Part shown: piece by piece, positions 1 to 14,840 of the stretch
How the letters are laid out: every line of letters begins with the position of its first letter
Position numbering within the stretch: position 1 is the stretch's first letter
Source of the DNA: Eledone cirrhosa
Taxonomy: Eukaryota
Reading direction: 5' to 3'
Length of the DNA stretch: 64,000 bases
Assembly (NCBI GenBank): GCA_964016885.1
Contig: OZ024741.1
Location: 48,670,001 to 48,734,000 of the forward strand
The notes under the pieces: generated by a model
Seen by the model: only the letters and a program-made list of their open reading frames with translations
The model's database searches: none
What the model was told of the DNA's origin: nothing
Translations under genes and position numbers: made by a program

Positions 1-3000
1 TATTACAGTCTAAATATTCTCCACTATTACAGTCTAAATATTCTCCACTATTACAGTGTAAATATTCTTCGCAACTACGGTCTAAATATTCTCCGCTATT
101 ACAGTCTAAATATTCTCCACTACTACGGTCTAAATATTCTCCACTATTACAGTCTAAATATTCTCCGCTATTACAATCTAAATATTCTCCCCTATTACAG
201 TCTAAATATTCTCCACTATTACAGTCTAAATATTCTCCGCTATTACAATCTAAATATTCTCCGCTATTACAGTCTAAATATTCTCCGCTATTACAGTCTA
301 AATATTCTCCGCTATTACAGTTTAAATATTCTCCGCTATTACAGTCTAAATATTCTCCACTATTACAGTCTAAATATTCTCCACTATTCCAGTCTAAATA
401 TTGTCCGCTATTACAGTCTAAATATTCTCCGCTATTACAGTCTAAATATTCTCCGCTATTACAGTCTAAATATTCTCCGCTATTACAGTCTAAATATTCT
501 CCACTATTACAGTCTAAATATTCTTCATTACTACGGTCTAAATATTCTCCACTATTACGATCTAAATATTCTCCACTATTACGGTGTAAATATTCTCCAC
601 TACTACAGTCTAAATATTCTTCACTACTAGGTCTAAATATTCTCCGCTATTACAGTCTAAAAATTCTCCACTATTACAGTCTAAATATTCTTCACAAATA
701 CGGTCTAAATATTCTCCACTATTACAGTCTAAATATTCTCCACTATTACAGTCTAAATATTCTTCATTACTACGTCTAAATATTCTCCACTATTACAGTC
801 TAAATATTCTCTACTATTATAGTTTAAATATTCTCCACTATTACAGTCTAAATATTCTCCGCTATTACAGACTAAATATTCACTATTACGGTCTAAATAT
901 TCTCCGCTATTACAGTCTAAATATACTTCGCTACTACGGTCTAAATATTCTCCGCTATTACAGTCTAAAAATTCTCCACTATTACAGTCTAAATATTCTC
1001 CATTATTACAGTCTAAATATTCTCCACTATTACAGTCTAAATATTCTTCACTACTACGGTCTAAATATTCTCCCCTATTACAGTCTAAATATTCTCCACT
1101 ATTACAGTCTAAATATTCTTCACTACTACGGTCTAAATATTCTCCGCTATTACAGTCTAAATATTCTCCACTATTACAGTCTAAATATTCACCACTATTA
1201 CAGTCTAAATATTCTCCACTATTGCAGTCTAAATATTCTCCACTATTACAGTCTAGATATTCTCCACTATTACAGTCTAAATATTCTCTGCTATTACAGT
1301 CTAAATATTCTTCACTACTACGGTCTAAATATTCTTCACTATTACAGTCTAAATATTCTCCACTATTACAGTCTAAATATTCTCCACTATTACAGTCTAA
1401 ATATTCTTCACTACTACGGTCTAAATATTCTCCGCTATTACAGTCTAAATATTCTCCGCTATTACAGTCTAAATATTCTCCGCTATTACAGTCTAAATAT
1501 ACTTCGCTACTACGGTCTAAATATTCTCCGCTATTACAGTCTAAAAATTCTCCACTATAACAGTCTAAATATTCTCCATTATTACAGTCTAAATATTCTC
1601 CACTATTACAGTCTAAATATTCTTCACTACTACGGTCTAAATATTCTCCCCTATTACAGTCTAAATATTCTCCACTATTACAGTCTAAATATTCTTCACT
1701 ACTACGGTCTAAATATTCTCCGCTATTACAGTCTAAATATTCTCCACTATTACAGTCTAAATATTCACCACTATTACAGTCTAAATATTCTCCACTATTG
1801 CAGTCTAAATATTCTCCACTATTACAGTCTAGATATTCTCCACTATTACAGTCTAAATATTCTCTGCTATTACAGTCTAAATATTCTTCACTACTACGGT
1901 CTAAATATTCTTCACTATTACAGTCTAAATATTCTCCCCTATTACAGTCTAAATATTCTCCACTATTACAGTCTAAATATTCTTCACTACTACGGTCTAA
2001 ATATTCTCGGCTATTACAGTCTAAATATTCTCCACTATTACAGTCTAAATATTCACCACTATTACAGTCTAAATATTCTCCACTATTGCAGTCTAAATAT
2101 TCTCCACTATTACAGTCTAGATATTCTTCACTATTACAGTCTAAATATTCTCTGCTATTACAGTCTAAATATTCTTCACTACTACGGTCTAAATATTCTT
2201 CACTATTACAGTCTAAATATTCTCCACTATTACAGTCTAAATATTCTCCACTATTACAGTCTAAATATTCTTCACTACCACGGTCTAAATATTCTCCGCT
2301 ATTACAGTCTAAATATTCTCCACTATTACAGTCTAAATATTCTCCACTATTACAGTCTAAATATTCTCCACTATTACAGTCTAAATATTCTCCACTATTA
2401 CAGTCTAGATATTCTCCACTATTACAGTCTAAATATTCTTCACTACTACGGTCTAAATATTCTCCACTATTACGGTCTAAACATTTTCCACTATTAGGGT
2501 TTAAATATTCTCCACTATTACAGTCTAAATATTCTCCACTATTACAGTCTAAATATTCTCCACTATTACAGTGTAAATATTCTTCGCTACTACGGTCTAA
2601 ATATTCTCCGCTATTACAGTCTAAATATTCTCCACTACTACGGTCTAAATATTCTCCACTATTACAGTCTAAATATTCTCCGCTATTACAGTCTAAATAT
2701 TCTCCCCTATTACAGTCTAAATATTCTCCACTATTACAGTCTAAATATTCTCCGCTATTACAATCTAAATATTCTCCGCTATTACAGTCTAAATATTCTC
2801 CGCTATTACAGTCTAAATATTCTCCGCTATTACAGTTTAAATATTCTCCGCTATTACAGTCTAAATATTCTCCACTATTACAGTCTAAATATTCTCCACT
2901 ATTCCAGTCTAAATATTGTCCGCTATTACAGTCTAAATATTCTCCGCTATTACAGTCTAAATATTCTCCGCTATTACAGTCTAAATATTCTCCGCTATTA

Positions 3001-6000
3001 CAGTCTAAATATTCTCCACTATTACAGTCTAAATATTCTTCATTACTACGGTCTAAATATTCTCCACTATTACGATCTAAATATTCTCCACTATTACGGT
3101 GTAAATATTCTCCACTACTACAGTCTAAATATTCTTCACTACTAGGTCTAAATATTCTCCGCTATTACAGTCTAAAAATTCTCCACTATTACAGTCTAAA
3201 TATTCTTCACAAATACGGTCTAAATATTCTCCACTATTACAGTCTAAATATTCTCCACTATTACAGTCTAAATATTCTTCATTACTACGTCTAAATATTC
3301 TCCACTATTACAGTCTAAATATTCTCTACTATTATAGTTTAAATATTCTCCACTATTACAGTCTAAATATTCTCCGCTATTACAGACTAAATATTCACTA
3401 TTACGGTCTAAATATTCTCCGCTATTACAGTCTAAATATACTTCGCTACTACGGTCTAAATATTCTCCGCTATTACAGTCTAAAAATTCTCCACTATTAC
3501 AGTCTAAATATTCTCCATTATTACAGTCTAAATATTCTCCACTATTACAGTCTAAATATTCTTCACTACTACGGTCTAAATATTCTCCCCTATTACAGTC
3601 TAAATATTCTCCACTATTACAGTCTAAATATTCTTCACTACTACGGTCTAAATATTCTCCGCTATTACAGTCTAAATATTCTCCACTATTACAGTCTAAA
3701 TATTCACCACTATTAGAGTCTAAATATTCTCCACTATTGCAGTCTAAATATTCTCCACTATTACAGTCTAGATATTCTCCACTATTACAGTCTAAATATT
3801 CTCTGCTATTACAGTCTAAATATTCTTCACTACTACGGTCTAAATATTCTTCACTATTACAGTCTAAATATTCTCCACTATTACAGTCTAAATATTCTCC
3901 ACTATTACAGTCTAAATATTCTTCACTACTACGGTCTAAATATTCTCCGCTTTTACAGTCTAAATATTCTCCACTATTACAGTCTAAATATTCTCCACTA
4001 TTACAGTCTAAATATTCTCCACTATTACAGTCTAAATATTCTCCACTATTACAGTCTAGATATTCTCCACTATTACAGTCTAAATATTCTTCACTACTAC
4101 GGTCTAAATATTCACTATTACGGTCTAAATATTCTCCGCTATTACAGTCTAAACATACTTCGCTACTACGGTCTAAATATTCTCCGCTATTACAGTCTAA
4201 AAATTCTCCACTATTACAGTCTAAATATTCTCCATTATTACAGTCTAAATATTCTCCACTATTACAGTCTAAATATTCTTCACTACTACGGTCTAAATAT
4301 TCTCCCCTATTAGAGTCTAAATATTCTCCACTATTACAGTCTAAATATTCTTCACTACTACGGTCTAAATATTCTCCGCTATTACAGTCTAAATATTCTC
4401 CACTATTACAGTCTAAATATTCACCACTATTACAGTCTAAATATTCTCCACTATTGCAGTCTAAATATTCTCCACTATTACAGTCTAGATATTCTCCACT
4501 ATTACAGTCTAAATATTCTCTGCTATTACAGTCTAAATATTCTTCACTACTACGGTCTAAATATTCTTCACTATTACAGTCTAAATATTCTCCACTATTA
4601 CAGTCTAAATATTCTCCACTATTACAGTCTAAATATTCTTCACTACTACGGTCTAAATATTCTCCGCTATTACAGTCTAAATATTCTCCACTATTACAGT
4701 CTAAATATTCTCCACTATTACTGTCTAAATATTCTCCACTATTACAGTCTAAATATTCTCCACTATTACAGTCTAGATATTCTCCACTATTACAGTCTAA
4801 ATATTCTTCACTACTACGGTCTAAATATTCTCCACTATTACGGTCTAAATATTTTCCACTATTAGGGTTTAAATATTCTCCACTATTACAGTCTAAATAT
4901 TCTCCACTATTACAGTCTAAATATTCTCCACTATTACAGTGTAAATATTCTTCGCTACTACGGTCTAAATATTCTCCGCTATTACAGTCTAAATATTCTC
5001 CACTACTACGGTCTAAATATTCTCCACTATTACAGTCTAAATATTCTCCGCTATTACAGTCTAAATATTCTCCCCTATTACAGTCTAAATATTCTCCACT
5101 ATTACAGTCTAAATATTCTCCGCTATTACAATCTAAATATTCTCCGCTATTACAGTCTAAATATTCTCCGATATTACAGTCTAAATATTCTCCGCTATTA
5201 CAGTTTAAATATTCTCCGCTATTACAGTCTAAATATTCTCCACTATTACAGTCTAAATATTCTCCACTATTCCAGTCTAAATATTGTCCGCTATTACAGT
5301 CTAAATATTCTCCGCTATTACAGTCTAAATATTCTCCGCTATTACAGTCTAAATATTCTCCGCTATTACAGTCTAAATATTCTCCACTATTACAGTCTAA
5401 ATATTCTTCATTACTACGGTCTAAATATTCTCCACTATTACGATCTAAATATTCTCCACTATTACGGTGTAAATATTCTCCACTACTACAGTCTAAATAT
5501 TCTTCACTACTAGGTCTAAATATTCTCCGCTATTACAGTCTAAAAATTCTCCACTATTACAGTCTAAATATTCTTCACAAATACGGTCTAAATATTCTCC
5601 ACTATTACAGTCTAAATATTCTCCACTATTACAGTCTAAATATTCTTCATTACTACGTCTAAATATTCTCCACTATTACAGTCTAAATATTCTCTACTAT
5701 TACAGTCTAAATATTCTCCACTATTACAGTCTAAATATTCTCCGCTATTACAGACTAAATATTCACTATTACGGTCTAAATATTCTCCGCTATTACAGTC
5801 TAAATATACTTCGCTACTACGGTCTAAATATTCTCCGCTATTACAGTCTAAAAATTCTCCACTATTACAGTCTAAATATTCTCCATTATTACAGTCTAAA
5901 TATTCTCCACTATTACAGTCTAAATATTCTTCACTACTACGGTCTAAATATTCTCCCCTATTACAGTCTAAATATTCTCCACTATTACAGTCTAAATATT

Positions 6001-8000
6001 CTTCACTACTACGGTCTAAATATTCTCCGCTATTACAGTCTAAATATTCTCCACTATTACAGTCTAAATATTCACCACTATTACAGTCTAAATATTCTCC
6101 ACTATTGCAGTCTAAATATTCTCCACTATTACAGTCTAGATATTCTCCACTATTACAGTCTAAATATTCTCTGCTATTACAGTCTAAATATTCTTCACTA
6201 CTACGGTCTAAATATTCTTCACTATTACAGTCTAAATATTCTCCACTATTACAGTCTAAATATTCTCCACTATTACAGTCTAAATATTCTTCACTACTAC
6301 GGTCTAAATATTCTCCGCTATTACAGTCTAAATATTCTCCACTATTACAGTCTAAATATTCTCCACTATTACAGTCTAAATATTCTCCACTATTACAGTC
6401 TAAATATTCTCCACTATTACAGTCTAGATATTCTCCACTATTACAGTCTAAATATTCTTCACTACTACGGTCTAAATATTCACTATTACGGTCAAAATAT
6501 TCTCCGCTATTACAGTCTAAATATACTTCGCTACTACGGTCTAAATATTCTCCGCTATTACAGTCTAAAAATTCTCCACTATTACAGTCTAAATATTCTC
6601 CATTATTACAGTCTAAATATTCTCCACTATTACAGTCTAAATATTCTTCACTACTACGGTCTAAATATTCTCCCCTATTACAGTCTAAATATTCTCCACT
6701 ATTACAGTTTAAATATTCTTCACTACTACGGTCTAAATATTCTCCGCTATTACAGTCTAAATATTCTCCACTATTACAGTCTAAATATTCACCACTATTA
6801 CAGTCTAAATATTCTCCACTATTGCAGTCTAAATATTCTCCACTATTACAGTCTAGATATTCTCCACTATTACAGTCTAAATATTCTCTGCTATTACAGT
6901 CTAAATATTCTTCACTACTACGGTCTAAATATTCTTCACTATTACAGTCTAAATATTCTCCACTATTACAGTCTAAATATTCTTCACTACTACGGTCTAA
7001 ATATTCTCCGCTATTACAGTCTAAATATTCTCCACTATTACAGTCTAAATATTCTCCACTATTACAGTCTAAATATTCTCCACTATTACAGTCTAAATAT
7101 TCTCCACTATTACAGTCTAGATATTCTCCACTATTACAGTCTAAATATTCTTCACTACTACGGTCTAAATATTCTCCACTATTACGGTCTAAATATTTTC
7201 CACTATTAGGGTTTAAATATTCTCCACTATTACAGTCTAAATATTCTCCACTATTACAGTCTAAATATTCTCCACTATTACAGTGTAAATATTCTTCGCT
7301 ACTACGGTCTAAATATTCTCCGCTATTACAGTCTAAATATTCTCCACTACTACGGTCTAAATATTCTCCACTATTACAGTCTAAATATTCTCCGCTATTA
7401 CAGTCTAAATATTCTCCCCTATTACAGTCTAAATATTCTCCACTATTACAGTCTAAATATTCTCCGCTATTACAATCTAAATATTCTCCGCTATTACAGT
7501 CTAAATATTCTCCGCTAGTACAGTCTAAATATTCTCCGCTATTACAGTTTAAATATTCTCCGCTATTACAGTCTAAATATTCTCCACTATTACAGTCTAA
7601 ATATTCTCCACTATTCCAGTCTAAATATTGTCCGCTATTACAGTCTAAATATTCTCCGCTATTACAGTCTAAATATTCTCCGCTATTACAGTCTAAATAT
7701 TCTCCGCTATTACAGTCTAAATATTCTCCACTATTACAGTCTAAATATTCTTCATTACTACGGTCTAAATATTCTCCACTATTACGATCTAAATATTCTC
7801 CACTATTTCGGTCTAAATATTCTCCACTACTACAGTCTAAATATTCTTCACTACTAGGTCTAAATATTCTCCGCTATTACAGTCTAAAAATTCTCCACTA
7901 TTACAGTCTAAATATTCTTCACAAATACGGTCTAAATATTCTCCACTATTACAGTCTAAATATTCTCCACTATTACAGTCTAAATATTCTCTACTATTAC
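1..8000. repeat. Higher-order repeat of about 2.35-2.5 kb, three full copies plus a partial one (boundaries approximate)
   Basis: The 1-bp-deletion marker CTACTAGGTCT has its TAG at 628, 3143, 5511 and 7855 (spacings 2515, 2368, 2344). ORF starts 3737/6105 and ORF ends 3294/5662 are each offset by 2368. Confidence 0.9.
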
Positions 8001-11000
8001 AGTCTATAATATTCTCCACTATTACGGTCTAAATATTCTCCGCTATTACAGTCTAAATATACTTCGCTACTACGGTCTAAATATTCTCCGCTATTACAGT
8101 CTAAATATTCTCCACTATTACAGTCTAAATATTCTCCATTATTACAGTCTAAATATTCTCCACTATTACAGTCTAAATATTCTTCACTACTACGGTCTAA
8201 ATATTCTCCCCTATTACAGTCTAAATATTCTCCACTATTACAGTCTAAATATTCTTCACTACTACGGTCTAAATATTCTCCGCTATTACAGTCTAAATAT
8301 TCTCCACTATTACAGTCTAAATATTCACCACTATTACAGTCTAAATATTCTCTGCTATTACAGTCTAAATATTCTTCACTACTACGGTCTAAATATTCTT
8401 CACTATTACAGTCTAAATATTCTCCACTATTACAGTCTAAATATTCTCCACTATTACAGTCTAAATATTCTTCACTACTACGGTCTAAATATTCTCCTCT
8501 ATTACAGTCTAAATATTCTCCACTATTACAGTCTAAATATTCTCCACTATTACAGTCTAAATATTCTCCAATTTTACAGTTTAAATATTCTCCACTATTA
8601 CGGTCTAAATATTTTCCACTATTAGGGTTTAAATATTCTCCACTATTACAGTCTAAATATTCTCCACTATTACAGTCTAAATATTCTCCACTATTACAGT
8701 GTAAATATTCTTCGCTACTACGGTCAAAATATTCTCCGCTATTACAGTCTAAATATTCTCCACTATTACAGTGTAAATATTCTTCGCTACTACGGTCAAA
8801 ATATTCTCCATTATTACAGTCTAAATATTCTCCACTATTACAGTCTAAATATTCTTCGCTACTACGGTCAAAATATTCTCCATTATTACAGTCTAAATAT
8901 TCTCCACTATTACAGTCTAAATATTCTCAACTATTACAGTCTAAATATTCTTCACTACTACGGTCTAAATATTCTCCGCTATTACAATCTGAATATTCTC
9001 CACTATTACAGTCTAAATATTCTTCACTACTACGGTCTAAATATTCTCCACTACTACAGTCTAAATATTCTCCACTATTACAGTCTAAATATTCTCCGCT
9101 ATTACAGTCTAAATATTCACTATTACGGTCTAAATATTCTCCGTTATTACAGTCTAAATATACTTTGCTACTACGGTCTAAATATTCTCCGCTATTACAG
9201 TCTAAATATTATCCACTATTACAGTCTAAATATTCTTCATTACTACGGTCTAAATATTCTCCACTATTACAGTCTAAATATTCTCCGCTATTACAATCTA
9301 AATATTCTCCGCTATTACAGTCTAAATATTCTCCGCTATTACAGTCTAAATATTCTCCGCTATTACAGTTTAAATATTCTCCGCTATTACAATCTAAATA
9401 TTCTCCACTATTGCAGTCTAAATATTCTCCACTATTACGATCTAAATATTCTCCACTATTCCGGTCTAAATATTCTCCACTATTACAGTCTAAATATTAT
9501 TCACTACTACGGTCTAAATACTCTCCACTATTACAGTCTACATATTCTCCACTATTACAGTCTAAATATTCTCCACTATTACATTCTAAGTATTCTCCAC
9601 TATTACAGTCTAAATATTCTCCACTATTACAGTCTAAATACTCTCCACTATTACAGTCTAAATATTCTTCATTACTACGGTGTAAATATTCTCCACTATT
9701 ACGATCTAAATATTCTCCACTATTACGGTCTAAATATTCTCCACTATTACAGTCTAAATATTCTCCACTACTACAGTCTAAATATTCTTCACTACTAGGT
9801 CTAAATATTCTCCGCTATTACAGTCTAAAAATTCTCCACTCTTACAGTCTAAATATTCTCCACAAATACGGTCTAAATATTCTCCACTATTACAGTCTAA
9901 ATATTCTCTACTATTACAGTCTAAATATTCTTCATTACTACGTCTAAATATTCTCCACTATTACAGTCTAAATATTCTCCACTATTACAGTCTAAATATT
10001 CTCCACTATTACAGTCTAAATATTCTCCACTATTACAGTGTAAATATTCTTCGCTACTACGGTCTAAATATTCTCCGCTATTACAGTCTAAATATACTTC
10101 GCTACTACGGTCTAAATATTCTCCGCTATTACAGTCTAAAAATTCCCCCACTATTACAGTCTAAATATTCTCCATTATTACAGTCTAAATATTCTCCACT
10201 ATTACAGTCTAAATATTCTTCACGACTACGGTCTAAATACTCTCCCCTATTACAGTCTAAATATTCTCCACTATTACAGTCTAAATATTCTTCACTACTA
10301 CGGTCTCAATATTCTCCGCTATTACAGTCTAAATATTCTCCACTATTACAGTCTAAATATTCACCACTATTACAGTCTAAATATTCTCCACTATTACAGT
10401 CTAAATATTCTTCACTACTACGGTCTAAATATTCTCCACTATTACGGTCTAAATATTTTCCACTATTAGGGTTTAAATATTCTCCACTATTACAGTCTAA
10501 ATATTCTCCACTATTACAGTCTAAATATTCTCCACTATTACAGTGTAAATATTCTTCGCTACTACGGTCTAAATATTTTCCGCTATTAAAGTCTAAATAT
10601 TCTCCACTACTACGGTCTAAATATTCTCCACTATTACAGTCTAAATATTCTCCGCTATTACAGTCTAAATATTCTCCCCTATTACAGTCTAAATATTCTC
10701 CACTATTACAGTCTAAATATTATCCGATATTACAATCTAAATATTCTCCGCTATTACAGTCTAAATATTCTCCGCTATTACAGTCTAAATATTCTCCGCT
10801 ATTACAGTTTAAATATTCTCCGCTATTACAGTCTAAATATTCTCCACTATTACAGTCTAAATATTCTCCACTACTACAGTCTAAATATTCTCCACTATTG
10901 CAGTCTAAATATTCTCCACTATTACGATCTAAATATTCTCCACTATTCCGGTCTAAATATTCTCCACTATTACAGTCTAAATATTCTTCACTACTACGGT

Positions 11001-12259
11001 CTAAATACTCTCCACTATTACAGTCTACATATTCTCCACTATTACAGTCTAAATATTCTCCACTATTACATTCTAAGTATTCTCCACTATTACAGTCTAA
11101 ATATACTCCACTATTACAGTCTAAATATTCTCCACTATTACAGTCTAAATATTCTTCATTACTACGGTCTAAATATTCTCCACTATTACGATCTAAATAT
11201 TCTCCACTATTACGGTCTAAATATTCTCCACTATTACAGTCTAAATATTCTCCACTACTACAGTCTAAATATTCTTCACTACTAGGTCTAAATATTCTCC
11301 GCTATTACAGTCTAAAAATTCTCCACTATTACAGTCTAAATATTCTCCACAAATACGGTCTAAATATTCTCCACTATTACAGTCTAAATATTCTCCACTA
11401 TTACAGTCTAAATATTCTTCATTACTACGTCTAAATATTCTCCACTATTACAGTCTAAATATTCTCCACTATTACAGTCTAAATATTCTCCACTATTACA
11501 GTCTAAATATTCACTATTACGGTCTAAATATTCTCCGCTATTACAGTCTAAATATACTTCGCTACTACGGTCTAAATATTCTCCGCTATTACAGTCTAAA
11601 AATTCTCCACTATTACAGTCTAAATATTCTCCATTATTACAGTCTAAATATTCTCCACTATTACAGTCTAAATATTCTTCACGACTACGGTCTAAATATT
11701 CTCCCCTATTACAGTCTAAATATTCTCCACTATTACAGTCTAAATATTCTTCACTGCTACGGTCTAAATATTCTCCGCTATTACAGTCTAAATATTCTCC
11801 ACTATTACAGTCTAAATATTCACCACTATTACAGTCTAAATATTCTCCACTATTACAGTCTAAATATTCTCCACTATTACAGTGTAAATATTCTTCGCTA
11901 CTACGGTCTAAATATTCTCCGCTATTACAGTCTAAATATTCTCCACTACTACGGTCTAAATATTCTCCACTATTACAGTCTAAATATTCTCCGCTATTAC
12001 AGTCTAAATATTCTCCCCTATTACAGTCTAAATATTCTCCACTATTACAGTCTAAATATTCTCCGCTATTACACTCTAAATATTCTCCGCTATTACAGTC
12101 TAAATATTCTCCGCTATTACAGTCTAAATATCCTCCGCTATTACAGTTTAGATATTCTCCGCTATTACAGTCTAAATATTCTCCACTATTACAGTCTAAA
12201 TATTCTCCACTACTACAGTCTAAATATTCTCCACTATTACAGTCTAAATATTCTCCACT

Positions 12260-14840
12260 ATTACGATCTAAATATTTTCCACTATTCCGGTCTAAATATT
12301 CTCCACTATTACAGTCTAAATATTCTCCACTATTACAGTCTAAATATTCTCCACTATTACATTCTAAGTATTCTCCACTATTACAGTCTAAATATTCTCC
12401 ACTATTACAGTCTAAATATTCTCCACTATTACAGTCTAAATATTCTCCACTATTACAGTCTAAATATTCTCCACTATTACATTCTAAGTATTCTCCACTA
12501 TTACAGTCTAAATATTCTTCACTACTACGGTCTAAATATTCTCCACTATTACGGTCTAAATATTTTCCACTATTAGGGTCTAAATATTCTCCACTATTAC
12601 AGTCTAAATATTCTCCACTATTACAGTCTAAATATTCTCCAATATTACAGTCTAAATATTCACCACTATTACAGTCTAAATATTCTCCACTATTACAGTC
12701 TAAATATGCTTCACTACTACGGTCTAAATACTCTCCACTATTACAGTCTAAATATTCTCCACTATTACAGTCTAAATATTCTCCACCATTACAGTCTAAA
12801 TATTCACCACTATTACAGTCTAAATATTCTCCACTATTACAGTCTAAATATTCTCCACTATTACAGTCTAGATATTCTCCACTATTAAAGTCTAAATATT
12901 CTTCACTACTACGGTCTAAATATTCTCCACTATTACGGTCGAAATATTTTCCACTATTAGGGTCTAAATATTCTCCACTATTACAGTCTAAATATTCTCC
13001 ACTATTACAGTCTAAATATTCTCCGCTATTACAGTCTAAATATTCTTCACTACTACGGTCTAAATATTCTCCACTATTACGATCTAAATATTCTCCACTA
13101 TTCCGGTCTAAATATTCTCCACTATTACAGTCTAAATATTCTCCACTATTACAGTCTAAATATTCTCCACTATTACATTCTAAGTATTCTCCACTATTAC
13201 AGGCTAAATATTCTCCACTATTACAGTCTAAATATTCTCCACTATTACAGTCTAAATATTCTTCATTACTACGGTCTAAATATTCTCCACTATTACGATC
13301 TAAATATTCTCCACTATTCGGCCTAAATATTCTCCACTGTTACAGTCTAAATATTCTCCACTACTACAGTCTAAATATTCTTCACTACTAAGTCTAAATA
13401 TTCTCCGCTATGACAGTCTAAAAATTCTCCACTATTACAGTCTAAATATTCTTCATAAATACGGTCTAAATATTCTCCACTATTACAGTCTAAATATTCT
13501 CCGCTATTACAGTCTAAATATTCTTCACTACTACGGTCTAAATATTCTCCACTATTACGATCTAAATATTCTCCACTATTCCGGTCTAAATATTCTCCAC
13601 TATTACAGTCTAAATATTCTCCACTATTACAGTCTAAATATTCTCCACTATTACATTCTAAGTATTCTCCACTATTACAGTCTAAATATTCTCCACTATT
13701 ACAGTCTAAATATTCTCCACTATTACAGTCTAAATATTCTCCACTATTACAGTCTAAATATTCTCCACTATTACAGTCTAAATATTCTCCACTATTACAG
13801 TCTAAATATTCTCCACTATTACATTCTAAGTATTCTCCACTATTACAGTCTAAATATTCTTCACTACTACGGTCTAAATATTCTCCACTATTACGGTCTA
13901 AATATTTTCCACTATTAGGGTCTAAATATTCTCCACTATTACAGTCTAAATATTCTCCACTATTACAGTCTAAATATTCTCCACTATTACAGTCTAAATA
14001 TTCACCACTATTACAGTCTAAATATTCTCCACTATTACAGTCTAAATATGCTTCACTACTACGGTTTAAATACTCTCCACTATTACAGTCTAAATATTCT
14101 CCACTATTACAGTCTAAATATTCTCCACCATTACAGTCTAAATATTCACCACTATTACAGTCTAAATATTCTCCACTATTACAGTCTAAATATTCTCCAC
14201 TATTACAGTCTAGATATTCTCCACTATTAAAGTCTAAATATTCTTCACTACTACGGTCTAAATATTCTCCACTATTACGGTCTAAATATTTTCCACTATT
14301 AGGGTCTAAATATTCTCCACTATTACAGTCTAAATATTCTCCACTATTACAGTCTAAATATTCTCCGCTATTACAGTCTAAATATTCTTCACTACTACGG
14401 TCTAAATATTCTCCACTATTACGATCTAAATATTCTCCACTATTCCGGTCTAAATATTCTCCACTATTACAGTCTAAATATTCTCCACTATTACAGTCTA
14501 AATATTCTCCACTATTACATTCTAAGTATTCTCCACTATTACAGGCTAAATATTCTCCACTATTACAGTCTAAATATTCTCCACTATTACAGTCTAAATA
14601 TTCTTCATTACTACGGTCTAAATATTCTCCACTATTACGATCTAAATATTCTCCACTATTCGGCCTAAATATTCTCCACTATTACAGTCTAAATATTCTC
14701 CACTACTACAGTCTAAATATTCTTCACTACTAAGTCTAAATATTCTCCGCTATTACAGTCTAAAAATTCTCCACTATTACAGTCTAAATATTCTTCATAA
14801 ATACGGTCTAAATATTCTCCACTATTACAGTCTAAATATT
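12260..14840. repeat. Tandem duplication, period 1342 bp (56 monomers minus 2 nt); boundaries approximate
   Basis: Identical translated ORFs at 12706 and 14048. Private variants TATTCGGCC, CTAAGTCT, ACAGGCT and CTTCATAAAT recur at +1342. Confidence 0.88.

Noticed and set aside
926-941. CENP-B box-like motif CTTCGCTACTACGGTC (recurrent variant)
   Set aside because: The CENP-B box needs TTCG-N4-A-N2-CGGG. Here the spacer is 6 nt rather than 7 and ends CGGT, so the essential positions do not match.
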